A stretch of 64,000 bases of DNA from NCBI GenBank assembly GCA_020137815.1, contig CM035359.1:6200001-6264000 (forward strand), read 5' to 3'. The translations under genes were made by a program, and so were the position numbers. Numbering within the stretch: position 1 is the stretch's first letter; each line of letters starts with the position of its first letter. The notes beneath the pieces were generated by a model. The model had not been told where the DNA came from. It did no database searches and saw only the letters and a program-made list of their open reading frames with translations. This document shows, in pieces, positions 11,701-24,839 of this stretch. The stretch comes from Hormiphora californensis (taxonomy: Eukaryota > Animalia > Ctenophora).

Positions 11701-14700
11701 AAGGAGCACTTACCACATTGAGGAATTTCGCAGGTATCCTGCCCATCTGAGCAATCTGAGTCGGTAATACACCAGGGTCCACTCTCACTCATGTCCGGGT
11801 TCCGGCAGTAATTCTCCCTGAGATCTGCGTACGAGTATACCTGTACGAGAGAGAGGGCAATTAATATAGGAGTCTATCTAGGGAGTAGGAGTGCCGGGTA
11901 GTTAGCACAGACGTTGGGAAATGGTTCATGTTGGGGGTTAGATAAGTAGTAGTACACCTGTTTGTAGAAGATGGGGTGGTTGGCAGATGAGGACATTGGG
12001 GACATTGGGGGTGTATTGCAGTGGTAGGGGGTAAAGTGATCTGTTGTAAGGTGGTTTTAGTAGAAATATATCACATACATACCTCTGGGTAAAAGTGGTG
12101 TTGAACTTTATCTTGGTCAGACCAGGGCAGACATGCACATCCAGATGCAGAGGTGGACTGACTACCCTCGTAGTTCAACCAGCTGCTGTACGTGGGCTTG
12201 TGTCGGCAAACAACCGCTGTGAGGGAGAGAGTGGTTAGGCGATAGTGATTAAGATAGGGTGGTTAAGAGAGAGAGAGAGTGGTTAGGCGAGGGTGGTTAG
12301 GAGAGGGTGGTTAGGATAGAAGAGAGGTAGACTAGATTAAGGAGCGACAAATATAAAACTAAGGCGAATATTTTACTTTTGATAGCTCCAAAATGAACTA
12401 TATTTAGTTGACACACTCACCAGGTGCTCTGTTATCCTCAGGAACAGATTGTGGTTCACAATACTTATTAGAATGGTCAGGTCGGTCTACCCGCATGTTC
12501 CAGTTGCGTACCTTCTGACAGAAAGACTGTTCCTCGATATTAGGGCACTTGTTCATGAAGCAGAAGTTGGGGTCCATTCTGGAGGATATTAATGATAGAA
12601 ATTAGAGTGTGAAATAATGGGTGGTGACATTGTATTGTTCATACTATTATAGGTGCAACAGCACAATGGTGACACTAATTTCTTAAAATAGCACACCCTA
12701 GACCTTAGTTACCCGGTCGACCTTAGCGCGTGCTGGCTAGGGGTAACTTCGTAACCAACCCTAGACCCTTGTGCTGTTGCACCTCCCCCACGCCCCATAA
12801 AAAATAATAGTATGAACAATACAACTTGACCCTAGTGGTGGCTGTGGACAGCTTGTAGTTGGGGGTAACACAGTTATTGGGCAACAGCATCAATATATTG
12901 AATATATTCTTATCAGGAACCGACCGAAACAAGTAAACAACCAAACAGAACTCGTTATTTAGGTCACGTGACTGGTTATCAGCCAATCAGGGACCGGTAT
13001 TTCCTAATTCTTACATTTTCATTTTCTGCGCCTCAGCGATGAGTTTAAAGAGGGTATCGGTAGCGACATCCTCCTTCATTGAGTCAAGTCCAAGGAAACA
13101 GATACCCTGTGTCTGTCTGATGTTCTCCATGTAGCCACCCTGGAGGATTGAGTAGGGGTTAGGGGTTGAGTTGCCTTGCTGGACTCCCTCTCAACAGACC
13201 CCCATTGTTGTAAAGGAGGGTTAACATTTCTTATAGCTTTTCAGTTAAAACATGATCACATTCAATTACCTTGATGCCCCAGTTAAAACATGATCACATT
13301 CAATTACCTTGATGCCCCAGTTAAAACATGTGATCACATTCAATTACCTTGATGCCCCAGTTAAAACATGTGATCACATTCAATTACCTTGATGCCCCAA
13401 CCCCTTCCTTCGTACACAATCCCAGTTTTAGCAATGTAAAAGTTACACAGGACATCACTCTCTCCAGCAGCACTGGCAGTCGCCTTCAGCTCCTTCAATT
13501 TATCCCTGGGAAAATGATGATGTGTTAGTTTCGCACGATCATCGTGAACTGATCAATGCAGCTAATAATCTAAAAACACACAACGAACAAAGTGACGTCA
13601 TGTGTAACAACGTGTAAACTGCCACACAAAGAACCTACCGGCAGTCTTTGTCGTTGACACAGTACCCTACAAACCACAAAACTAACAATGTGACGTCAAT
13701 ATAACGTCACAAGTAACCATGTGAAATTGTCAGAACTTACCGGCAGTCCTTGTCGTTGACACAGTACCCATCAGGAACATAATCAACAAAGAAAGTAGCA
13801 ACAGGGAACCCTCCCTCAATAAACTCCTTCTTGTTTAGAGGCACCACCGTGTCCCATTTCTTCTTGGGCACTATTATCAGACCTTGTCGTGGATCTGTAT
13901 AGGGAGGAGTTAGGGTATTAGTTGGGCACTATTATCAGACCTTGTCGCGGATCTGTAGCAAGGAGTTAGGTTTGGGGAAATGGATTATGTTCCAAACAAC
14001 CCTTACCGATAATCTTTGTAATGGATCTACCATCCCCATTCCCCACCCACTAGAATCCCCAACCCCCCCAATCAAATGTAAACCACTTACCAACACACTG
14101 GGGAGGGTTAAAAGTGACATCAGACCACAGCCCACTGGCCTCACAAGTCCTGGTACTTTCTCCAATCAGTTCATAACCATTGGTACACGCATACGACGCC
14201 TGGCGATAGAGAGGGGTGGTGGGGAGTTAGATATAAAGCATGAAACACAAATAAAATGTCTGATCTCGGCGTCACGAAATCACGCTACCTAGGTGCAAGT
14301 AGTGTAATAGTAGTTGATTACTTACCGTGGTTCCAAAGTCGTATGTTGTGTAGGAAACCTCCCCGTTGCTGGGACCATCCAGTTTCCCGCACCCACAGGT
14401 CCGGTACACAAACTTGGGCTTAACTTCAGCTGTGGGGGATATATTGTGTTAGTTAGCCGCTAAATGTGGGGGAGATATCGTGTTAGTTAGCCGCTAAATT
14501 ACATTGCTAGAGCATCTCTCTCCATGCCCCGGTTTGAACAAACGACCGTTAAATATCACACCACACGTAGTCAACAATCACTAGTTTTAGCGGCTAATAC
14601 TACTCGACAACTACTACTACTACTACTGGGCTCCCTTCTAAAGAGAGAAATATAACTCACGGAGTGGTTCCCAGGTAGCTAGTCGAGTGTACCCCCCAGG

Positions 14701-15636
14701 ACACCCTGGACCTTGTAGCGCATCTTGCTGGTTAGAGTTCAGATCACAGGTGAAAAGGAGACAGAAATCAGAGACTATCTCACCGTTCTGGTAACCCTGT
14801 GGAGAGGTGTGTGGTTAGAGAGGTGTGGTTAGAGAGATGTGGTTAGAGAGAAGTGGTTATGTAACTTGGGAGGGGAGAGATGTTTGGGTGGTTGCAACAT
14901 TTGACGCCCCCTGGCATGACCCTACTAAAATAGCTTCACACTTACTGATTTGATAAGATCCCTAATCGCATCCTCAGCACCAGTAGACATTCCATCAGCA
15001 TAGTTACCTAGGTAACCAACTCCAAGGGAAAACTCGCCGAATCTGTCAGAGAAGTCACCCTGAAAACAAGAGTTGTTAGTGGTGATGAAGAAGAAGATGA
15101 TTGGTAGCAACCAAATTATCCCTAGTATTTCACGCGGCCTACCATCTTCATATAGATCCAAGAGTAAAAGTCATTTATCCACATACCTGTAGGGACCAGC
15201 CACGTCCCTCGAATATAGTTCCCTCGGCAGAAACATAGAAATTGTAGATCAGATCGGAGTAGCCAGACTTCTGATTCTCGGTTTGGATTTGCCGTAACAT
15301 CAGTTTACATGATTCGTCAGCCGAACACGTTCCCCCTCCATCCCCGATTACTACATCTGTTATTCGTGTCATGGTGGGGATGGCACCTTTACTGGATTCG
15401 GAACCCCAGTCATATCTGCAAGAGGAGGGAGAGGTTCGTGGTGTGGAATGTAATTCTTGTCAGTTTTCTAGCAGCCAAACTCTCCGATCACATTCTGTTT
15501 CTAAATGCATCTGAATCATCTATCAAGTCTCTAAAATGTATGAGTTCCCTCTCTTTTTACTGTACCTGTCTATGATGGTCAGGGATGAGGCAATACCGAG
15601 TAGCAATACCAGGCTCTGTAGACTTCTGAGAATCAT
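8784..15636 (-). CDS. Type I membrane receptor: SP-PGRP-Sushi-PGRP-Kringle-LamG-stalk-TM-neurexin-like tail (about 20 exons)
   Basis: Exons are phase-compatible. SP MILRSLQSLVLLLGIASS (15636-15566). PGRP1: IIDRYDWG...SDLIYNFYVSAEGTIFEGRGW...SLGVGYLGNY...GCPG...TWEP (15415-14661). Sushi: CGKLDGPSNGEVSY...ASYACTNGYELIGESTRTCEASGLWS (14430-14090). PGRP2: IVPKKKW...DVLCNFYIAKTGIVYEGRGW...GICFLG (13895-12420). Kringle: YEGSQSTSASGCACLPW...ENYCRNPDMSESGPWC (12215-11714). LamG-like: ASFG...KLTMTFKP...WDLKLVNG...FSGCMADVTFN (10985-9460). Then TTKPPTTPPKTT stalk, TM LPIIIVIIVVVILLIILLIACFVF, and a tail ending KERHV*. Confidence 0.85.
9654..9825. mobile_element. Tc1/mariner-type MITE (family B)
   Basis: TIR CAGTCGGACCCCGATTTAGTGGC, flanked by TA on both sides, with internal CCCGATTTAGTGG repeats. 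Second copy at 59786-59955. Confidence 0.85.
12914..13010. mobile_element. MITE family A, truncated copy
   Basis: Same sequence in reverse orientation, cut off next to a splice donor of the PGRP gene. Confidence 0.8.
13242..13398 (-). repeat. 38-40-bp tandem repeat spanning a splice donor (4 copies)
   Basis: GGGGCATCAAG|GTAATTGAATGTGATCA...TTTTAACT repeated. Confidence 0.9.
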
Positions 15637-17477
15637 GCTATTGGATGAATTCCAAGGGTTAATTAACAATGTTAAACTCGGGGTGATTTTGATGACATTG
15701 GTATTGGCAGGAAAACAAACATCAACCTGTACAAAAGGGGAAAAAGAACGAGATCACAACATCTGAACGGGCATCTCAACCAAGGGGAGAACATCTGAAC
15801 CGAATGATCATCCAAAATCAAGATCATGCAAATCAGGTAATTAACAACTGGTGTGCAACAGATGTTCCGCTTTTTTTCTGAACTTAGTCCGCGTTCCTAA
15901 TTATCACCCACAGGGGCCAACGTGGACAAAGTGAGGAGAGGGAAAGAGAGAGGGAAAAGAGAGAGGAGAGAGAGAGAGAGAGAGAGGGGAGAGGAGAGAA
16001 CTGAATAGGCCCATAGAATGCTCCAAAGGAATTACACACAAAACCTCCACACAAAAGAACAAAGATATTATATTCTGGACGAGTCTCGACTGAAGTTTGT
16101 AATTCAAATCCAGATCCAACATTTACCGGGATCTTCTTTCGCCCCTAATCTCACCCAACCTCCAGTCAGACTCCCCCAACTATTCTCTTCTGTCTCCCCG
16201 CACCTTATCATCGTTTACCCCACATTGTGTTACAATTGAAATGTGAGATCATTGACACGACGGAGCCTGGCTCAGACAGTCCTCGTTTTGGTTATCAGTG
16301 CACTCAGATCGAGTCGGTGCTGCTACTTGCTAGACAAGACGTGACTCGGAACTGGAGCCTGGCTCCATACAACACCAATGTGAACAACCCGACACAATGA
16401 AATGCATTGAGGGATAGCAAGAGGATCTTACAAATGCAATAATGCTGTGTAAGGCCAAATGTAAAGTTAGGATCGGCAGGAGGCTTTGGAGGGTGGATTA
16501 ACCCAGGGTTGGGTTAACCGCAATTACCCCTAATTACACACAGAGAGAGAGAAGAAAAAGAGAGAGAGAGAAAAGAGAGAGCTTGTTCCAAGGGAGAGAG
16601 CATTGAATCACCGCCCTCTTGAAAACCGTAAAGTGTACCAATTGTGCACTATACGGTGCTTCAAATTGTACAAGGGCTTCAATGGGCGTGCGAGCAGGTC
16701 TCTAGTAGAGATTCAAAGGCGTGCGTTGCCTGAAGGGCTTCATGGGACACTGAAACACAATACCTGACAACCCTGGACGCATACAACACGCCTGTATGAG
16801 AGAGAGAGAAAGGGAGAGAGAGAGAAAGGGAGAGAGAGAGAAAGGGAGAGAGAGAGAAAGGGAGAGAGGGGAGCTGATAGATAGTAGAGACGAGAGAGTT
16901 CTAGTCTCTCTCTCGCTCGTGATTCTCAGGCGCGCGCGCTCTCTCTCGCTCTATCTCTCTCTCTCTAGCTCTCCCTCCTCTCTCTGCTCTCCTCTCTCTC
17001 GCCTCTCGCTCTCTTCTCTCTCTTTCTGCGTCGTTCCCGCTAACGTACAGGCTCTAAGCGTGCTTGAGGGGCACTTCTGTTGTGTTGTAACCCGAGATTT
17101 ATAATACGGAACGTTGTTTCCTGACAATAACAACCCAGAGGCTCAGTAAGACTAGGGAAGTATGTACTACTGAACAGGCAAACAAGCAATGCAATACGAT
17201 TATGACTCCCTCACAAACAAGAGATGAGTACTTGAACAACGAGCAGTTCGAGTGGGGAGGAGCTTGTAGGACAAGGAGCAGCAGTGCCAGGGGGTATCTG
17301 AGGATCTGGACCAATCACAATAGAGGTCTAACATCACGTGATCAGCTGACAGCCAATCAGAATGCAGTATTACAGTCACGTGACATGTGTGTGGTAGGTG
17401 ATTAATAGATCTGGTATCCATGCTGGAGGTCGCAGATAAGATGTGTTTGTCACACTGGTGGAAGAGTTAGGGTGGGG

Positions 17478-17534
<57 letters not shown>

Positions 17535-18031
17535 GGGGGGGAGCTAGTTAATTAGAAGGATGGCGTCATGATTGTTCCCTACAGAACCATTCTGTCACCG
17601 GGTGGTACAACCCTGCCACCACCCTACCCTGGCTCTCTCTCCAGCCTCTCTCTCTCTCTCTCTCTTTCTATCCACCCCTCAGTCCTGACTCTCCCCTACC
17701 CTGGCTCTCCCTCCAGCCCCTCTCTCTCTTCTTCTATCCACCCCTCAGTCCTGACTCTCCCCTACCCTGGCTCTCCCTCCAGCCCCTCTCTCTTCTTCTA
17801 TCCACCCCTCAGTCCTGACTCTCCTCCCACGCTGGTGACAGCTAAACAAGCATGAGGGAGACACTGCAGGACACACCCAGTCAGTATAATAGTAGTACGA
17901 TGGGGTCATTGAAATTAGTCAGAATAGCCTGTCAGGGTGGACCAAGCACTTGCGGGTTTGGCAGACAAGACACAACGATGTATCGAGGGATGGGGGCTAG
18001 AGAATCGTTTGGCAATCACCATGGGTTAAAA

Positions 18032-19359
18032 CGGGAAACACCGAATTTCGGTTTGGTTCGGTTCGGTTCGGAAAATTTGGTGTTTTTTGGGGGTTTGGTT
18101 TCGGTTCGGTTTGGTAGGGAAATTTTTGGGGCCCAACCACCCAAATTTTTTTTGGGCAAAAAAATGGGCCCGAAATCCCGGGGGGGTTTTTCACAAAATT
18201 TTTCAATTATTTTACGAAAATTGTTGGATTTTAAATTTAATTTCGCCGTATTAAACCCTTTCGAATCGGGGGTGCTATGTGGGAAAAGTTTTTCCCATTA
18301 CGGTTCGATATGGATTGATTTTTATACCTGACTTCCCTCGAATCGTGTCCCATGAGGGGTTAACAAATTCGAAAATTTTTTTTTTCAAAAATTTATGGGG
18401 AGCACCGATCAAGGTGTTTTTGAATCTTTTCTCTGAAATTTTGTAAAAAAATTTTTGGAAAAAATTTCAAATCAATTTTGGGAAAAATTTTCATTCAATT
18501 TTTCTCAACGTGTTTTGAACGGGATTTCTAAGCGGGAGTGATGTTGCTTTATTGTGGGGCCGGATGTTTTGCTGAACGTGATCCCCCCCTCAAACTAATT
18601 GGAAGTTTGGGGGAAAAATTCATGTTTCAATAAATCCTCTAATTAGCGGAACACTGCCGCAAGCATCACCCTTCGCAACACACGTACGGCAAAAATTTAC
18701 ATAAATTTTTTTTTCCGAAATTGCTTTGAAAAATTTTACAAAGTTTTTTCACAAAATTAAATTTTCTCTAAAAATTTATGGAGAGCATCGTCAAGGTTTG
18801 AGAATCTTACCTGAAAATTTTTTGGAAATTTTTTTTTTTGAAAAAAAAAATTTTTGGTAAAACGATTCTGTTTTTAAATCGACAATGCTAAACGGATATG
18901 TTGGTAATTCGTGGTCCGAGATGGATTGTGCTGATACGTGATCCCCCATCAAATCTAATTAGGAAATTTAGAGAGACACGATTCATGGTTCGTTTAATCC
19001 TGCTAATTAGCAATACCATTCCCGTATAGCATTGCCGATTCGCAACACGATTCGTACCGCAAAAATTGACATAGAAAAATTTACGATAAAATTGACTTTG
19101 AAAATTTTTTCACAAAATTGACTTTGAAATTTTTTCAAACATTTTTTAACAAAATTTCAGAGAATGATTCTCAATACCTTGATCGGTGCTCTCCATGACT
19201 TTTTAGAGAAACATTTATATAGAAAAAGTTTTGTATGGTTCGGTTCGGTTCGGTTACCGAAATTCGGTTCGGTTCGGTTCGGTTCGGTTCGGTAAAAAAG
19301 TTTTTCAAATTCGGTTCGGTTCGGTTCGGTGGAAAAAAACCCGGTTCGGTCGTTTCCTG
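18032..19359. mobile_element. Non-autonomous hAT-like element with (TTCGG)n subterminal arrays
   Basis: Right TIR TTCGGTCGTTTCCTG is related to MITE A. The left end is noisy. Both flanks read GTTAAAA(A)C. Internal duplicated block of about 360 bp. Confidence 0.65.
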
Positions 19360-20389
19360 GTTAAAAACAAGGACCAACAATTCGTGAGCCCTGGATTGAA
19401 AAGGTAGAATTCTAACTCATACTGTGTTCTAATACTAACATCAAATTTAATTAAAAGAGGACATGTTCTAGATCTCACGTGACTACTTGATTAAGATTGG
19501 GTAGACTTGTGTGAAAACAGGGGGAATTAAATAGGGGCCCCGGGTCAGATGTACAGTGTGGATTGCCATGGGGGCTGCTGCTGTTAGACACTAATTGAAA
19601 CGGTAGTAGGCGACCTGCTGCACACAGGTGGCTCACGCATCCAAACTACTAAATCTGATCGCAAGAAAATGATCCTATCTGACCAAGAAACAGTAAACTT
19701 TTCCGAAATGAAACAGGTTATTTAAGAGGGCTCCTGGGCTGTGGAGTATAACAAGTTCTGAACTGGAATAAAAGCGTTACAGTTGGAAGTAGAGAGGTGG
19801 AACAAGAATCGGATCAGCATTTCCGGAAGCTATCAACTGAGAGATAGAAAGATAGAGGGAGGGAGAGATGGAGAGAGAGAAAGTGAGGCTGAGAGATCTA
19901 AGGCGGAAGGTAATAAACCGTTTGACCACTGACTGATCGTTGGCCACAACAATGAGTAGCGACACAAAAAGAAAAAAGGAAAAACAAAAAAGGGAGAGGG
20001 AGAGAACGAGGAGAAAAAATGGAGAGAGAGAGGGAGAGAGAGAGCGAGAGGGCCGAGCGAGATAGAGAGATGAGAGAGAGCGAGAGATAGAGAGAGAGCG
20101 GAAGAGAGAGAGCTATCGTGCAGCGTCATAGATCTTATATCATCTCTCTCTATATACTATAGAGATTATATCCTATATATATCTCTCTATCTCTCTCTCT
20201 ATAGCTCCTATCTCTCTCTCTCTTCTCTTCTCTCTCTCTCTCTCTCTCTCCTCTCTCTCCTCGCATACCACAGTTCACACTGATCACGTGACAAGCTTAC
20301 TGTAAACCGCACCGTTACTACTTGGTCACGTGACTGATTGGGGGACGTGCAAGGCATTAGCACGCTGCTGGCACACGATTCACACAGAA

Positions 20390-20432
<43 letters not shown>

Positions 20433-20479
20433 AAGGAGAGCGAAGGTGAGTGAGGAGAGAGAAAAGAGAGAGAGACCTA

Positions 20480-22659
20480 TGGTCATTCTTTTTTAAAGGG
20501 CAAAAATTTTTCCGGAAAATGACCCATAAGTTCAGTTTTTCGACTTTTACATAGTTTGTTCAAAAAAATATTTGTTCAACGAACATTATGGGTAAAAGTG
20601 TATAGGGAATAGAGTTACAGGCCAAAAAAAAATAATAAATTAAAAACTCATCTCGTGAGTGCGTTTGACCATGTTTGCAAAAGCGTGTGCCATCGTTCAA
20701 ATTTAATATTTTTCCTAAAATTTCGAAAATATGCTGAAAAAGTCAATATAAACACCTTTAAAATATGAAGCAAACTTACTCAATCTTGAGTGCAACCGGT
20801 TTTTTTGTTAAAAGTTACACTGTATACTTTACAGTACTTTTAAGCCCGCCGTTAGCACCTCAGTTTTCACGACTTTTGTCCCATAGCTAGATACTTGCAG
20901 TTAGACTCAAAAACAATTCATTTGTACCAAAAAGTTACAAAAATTTGCTCAGGAGTGAGGTGCACCAAAAAACTGTATTTTCTTCAAACGGGGGGGGGCT
21001 AATTGCACCCTCAATCAGTGAGTATATGTTCTAAAAAGTGGCCTAATTTGCTCATATGACATCCCCAAAACTACCTAAATCGATCAACGGTCATTGCTCA
21101 ACCTGTGAGGTGCCCCACGGAGAAGTAGGGTAAAAATGTCATTTTTTGAGGGTCTGCACCTCACTAGTAGTAATTTTTAGGGCCAATTTTAGGTTTAAAT
21201 CAGGAGGGGGACTGTCAACTTGCTTATGGCAAGTTTCATATTCTTTATTTACTTCATTTGACCCCTAGTGAGTAAACTTTTAGCTCTAAAAAAAAAAACC
21301 AATTTTTTTTCCCGGGGGGCCTTGCACCTCACCAAATGAGTAACTTTCAGGTTTTCACCTCATTGATGAGTGAGAAATATCCCCACCATTTCCCTGGAAA
21401 GTTCTGGAGATTTTTGATCAACGGTATTTCTAAAATCGGGGGGCACCCTACGATAGCAACTCACGGCGTTAGAAAATGTCTATGACCTCACTGGCGAAGC
21501 TAGAGACTTCGTTCTTTCAAAATAGTAAACCCGTTCGCCATAACGGCGCGAGGCGACTTCTCGGGGAAAGGAAATGGTATGTTTTGGTCGCTGGAAAGGG
21601 AACCACTGAATCATCAGTCTAACTAATGACATGCACTATCCCATCTTAAGTAACGGTACCTTAGAAGGAGCTCAGGCGGGATCGCTGCGAGTTTTCTGGT
21701 TTCAGAACGTCCAATGATGATCCGGCGATCAAAGTTTATAAAAGAACTTACTATTTCGTCTGCTGCAGTATTCATCTGCCTTAATCTCTGAGATTGATCA
21801 TCGGTTCTGTTTAACCTCTAACGTCTTGTTCGTTCTCTCTGCACTTCTTTTGGTGATGCTGCATTTGAACCCCTCAGTGTATGGAAAAGTAGAGAATAGC
21901 GGTGAGATCTTGCGTGAATAACTCCAATTGTCGCTGTCGTATATCAAGAGTTGTTGAAGAGAGCATATAATTAGCTGGAACAGTGAAACAGACTAAAGCA
22001 AGATCAAATGCACGTGCACGTGCAGTATAACAGTAGCAACCATGCCATTGGCAACGGCTCCGACTCCTGGCCCCACTCCAATAGTACTCCACAGTTCACC
22101 TCTAGGCTCTTAAATGGTGTGAAAAAAACTAATTCTTCTGCAACCATTAAAAACGGATAGAAGGCTCAGGCATGCTTGCTTTCAAACTCCAATGTGACGG
22201 CATCATGTAAAAGAAATATTTATACATTGCCAATTTTTGAGGGATTGACCTCATCGCGGGAAATTAGCTTTTGTTCCAAGGTTTTAATCTGTTTTTAACC
22301 CCAAGTTTAAATAATTATCTTAAACCCTGTAAAGGGAAACTTTACTAAAAATGGGCTTGCAACTCAAAGGGTTAAAAGGTTTTAACTATGTGAAGTGAAA
22401 AACCCCAAACCATTTCTGAAGTTTGGAGTTTTTTATCAAACGGATATTCAACGGGGCCCTCCACAATAGCCCCCACCGCTTAAAGGCTTAACCCTCAGCC
22501 TAGAAAAGGTAAACCGTTCTATTTCCAAAATTGCTTTTAAATATTTTAAATTTTTAATTTCTGATTTTTAGGGGGCTAGAAATTTCCAGTGGCCACAGCT
22601 ATTTTGCTATGATCATTTGAAAAAATTTGGTAGTTGCACAAGTTAAAAAAAAATGACCA
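20480..22659. mobile_element. Putative TA-flanked DNA transposon remnant
   Basis: Ends TA|TGGTCATT(C)TTTTTTAA and TTAAAAAAAAATGACCA|TA. The interior is noisy and has no recognisable transposase. Confidence 0.45.
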
Positions 22660-24702
22660 TATGAGAGATTGGGCCTGGATTGGCATGAAACCGTTAGAGA
22701 AAACAAGAGAATACGATGAACAAACATGTCAAGTACCGATTACAGACCTAATATAAACACTCTCCAGCTAACAAGTACGAGGTCCAATTGCAATTGTGAA
22801 GGACAAGAACTCGGATTAAAAAAGTAAACAAGACGGGACCACAAGCATCTCCATTACAGTTTAGAACACAGATCACAACTAAAAACATTTTAGGAAGCAT
22901 CATAAGAAGAGAATCTAGAGTTTTTAGTTTAGTACACAGGATTAGTGTGGGGAGAAGAACATAACAAGTACACAGGAGAGCATGTCATGCTTGATGAACA
23001 TTGGAGTAAAACACACCCTTGTACTATAGAGCTGAGTCAGAATGTCTTTCTTAAACCTCTTCAAAAAAGGTTAAAACGCAGATAAAATGGAGCACAAACA
23101 GACATTGTCTAATTCAGAAATCAGAAGGTATTTCTGAAAACCCTTCTAAAACGAAGATAAAAACATCGCACAAGCACGAATATTTCCATCAATTGAATCA
23201 CGGGGGTACCCAGCAGTTGTAACACGAGATGGGCAGATATATACCAGGCTGAACTGGACAAAGTCACGCAAACTTGACATTGAAACCATATACAAAATGA
23301 CACCCCGATCAGACACACAAGACGTGAAGTTGTAGAATTACGGACGCCAAGATCTAGTAATCCAATTAATATCAGGGGAGATATATATAAGCTACTCGAG
23401 CCGTGATAAAGGTGGTGTTAGATGTTAGAGAGGGGCTCTAGATCACAACCAATTAACGAGAAGAAGGGGTCTCTTGGAAATCAATTAACAAAACCCGGAA
23501 AGTCAATCAACAAACTTGATTAGATATCGCGGTCTCAAGATATAGTGTGAGAGATAGTGTGAGAGATATATTGTCACGTGATCAGATCTTCAAAACACCT
23601 AGCTAACAAGTAGTCACGTGATCAGCTTAAAATGTGAACCTCGTCACAACAAAGCTACTGGTGTTTTGACAACAAAAACAACAATTTTCAGATTTCGGGA
23701 AGTGAAGCTGCAGGTAGTGAAACTGAAGAAATTGGGCCCCCACAACCGCATTGCACTCTCATGGTGTCTCTCACTGCAGCTCACTCAAACTAACGTGGTC
23801 ACACAAACAGTACACACAAGGTACCCTGGATTAATTTGTTGACTGTATAGGGGTTCAAAATTCAATTTACAGATGTCTAGACATAGCCGGAATTGAACAC
23901 ACGCCGACCCAATTTTCTCTCACCCTCTCCCCTGTCCATTTAGTTTCTCCCTCTCTATCTCTATGTTTCTCTCTCTTTTTTTCTCGCTCTCTCTCCCTCT
24001 CATCCCATTTCAAAGTTACTACCGTCAGGCTTCACTACCGACTACTCCTTCCGAGAGGGTTCCACAGCTCTAAAAGGGTGCCCTCTCTCTGGACTGTTTT
24101 TCCGTGATGAAGTAAGAAGCCCTAGTCGGATTCACAACCCTCCTACCACGGATTCACCCCCCCCCTCTATCATAGCGGTACCGCGGCTGAGCCCTGAGGT
24201 GGTGCTAATGGATATATTTTGTCAAAAAACACATGATATTATAGTGGTTGGGGACAGTTAGAGTGCTAAAACTTAGTTGCGGTAGCTTTGTAGCTTAGAT
24301 ATAGACAGTGGTGAAAATTCATTGCAGCTCTTTGGACAGGTAAAAGGGTTTCAAGGAGCACTGATTGACCCTGAACGTGCACTCCTGAAGATGCTATAAT
24401 CACTTTATTAGGGTGGTAGACTCAGTGGTGTGACTACAGCTGTCCTCAAAGAGAGAGGGAGAGAGGGAGCAAGAGTCCGTGTTACTATAGAAACGCGTCA
24501 TGTGGTACTGTGTTTAGGAGGTGGTTTGGGTGACTCCTAACTCACTCAGTCACTCTCTCTTTCTCCCTCTTCCCTCTCTCTCAAATCTCACGTGGTTTAG
24601 TGCTTGAATCGTGAGTGATGGACCGTTACCCACTCAGCCCTCAAAATAGTATGCCCCGGCCGACGATGTATGCAATTATGGGAATTAAACGAAGAGGCAC
24701 GC

Positions 24703-24839
<137 letters not shown>

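Noticed and set aside
21550-22100. Possible transposase remnant inside the 20.5-22.7 kb element
   Set aside because: No DDE or other recognisable motif in the frames I read.
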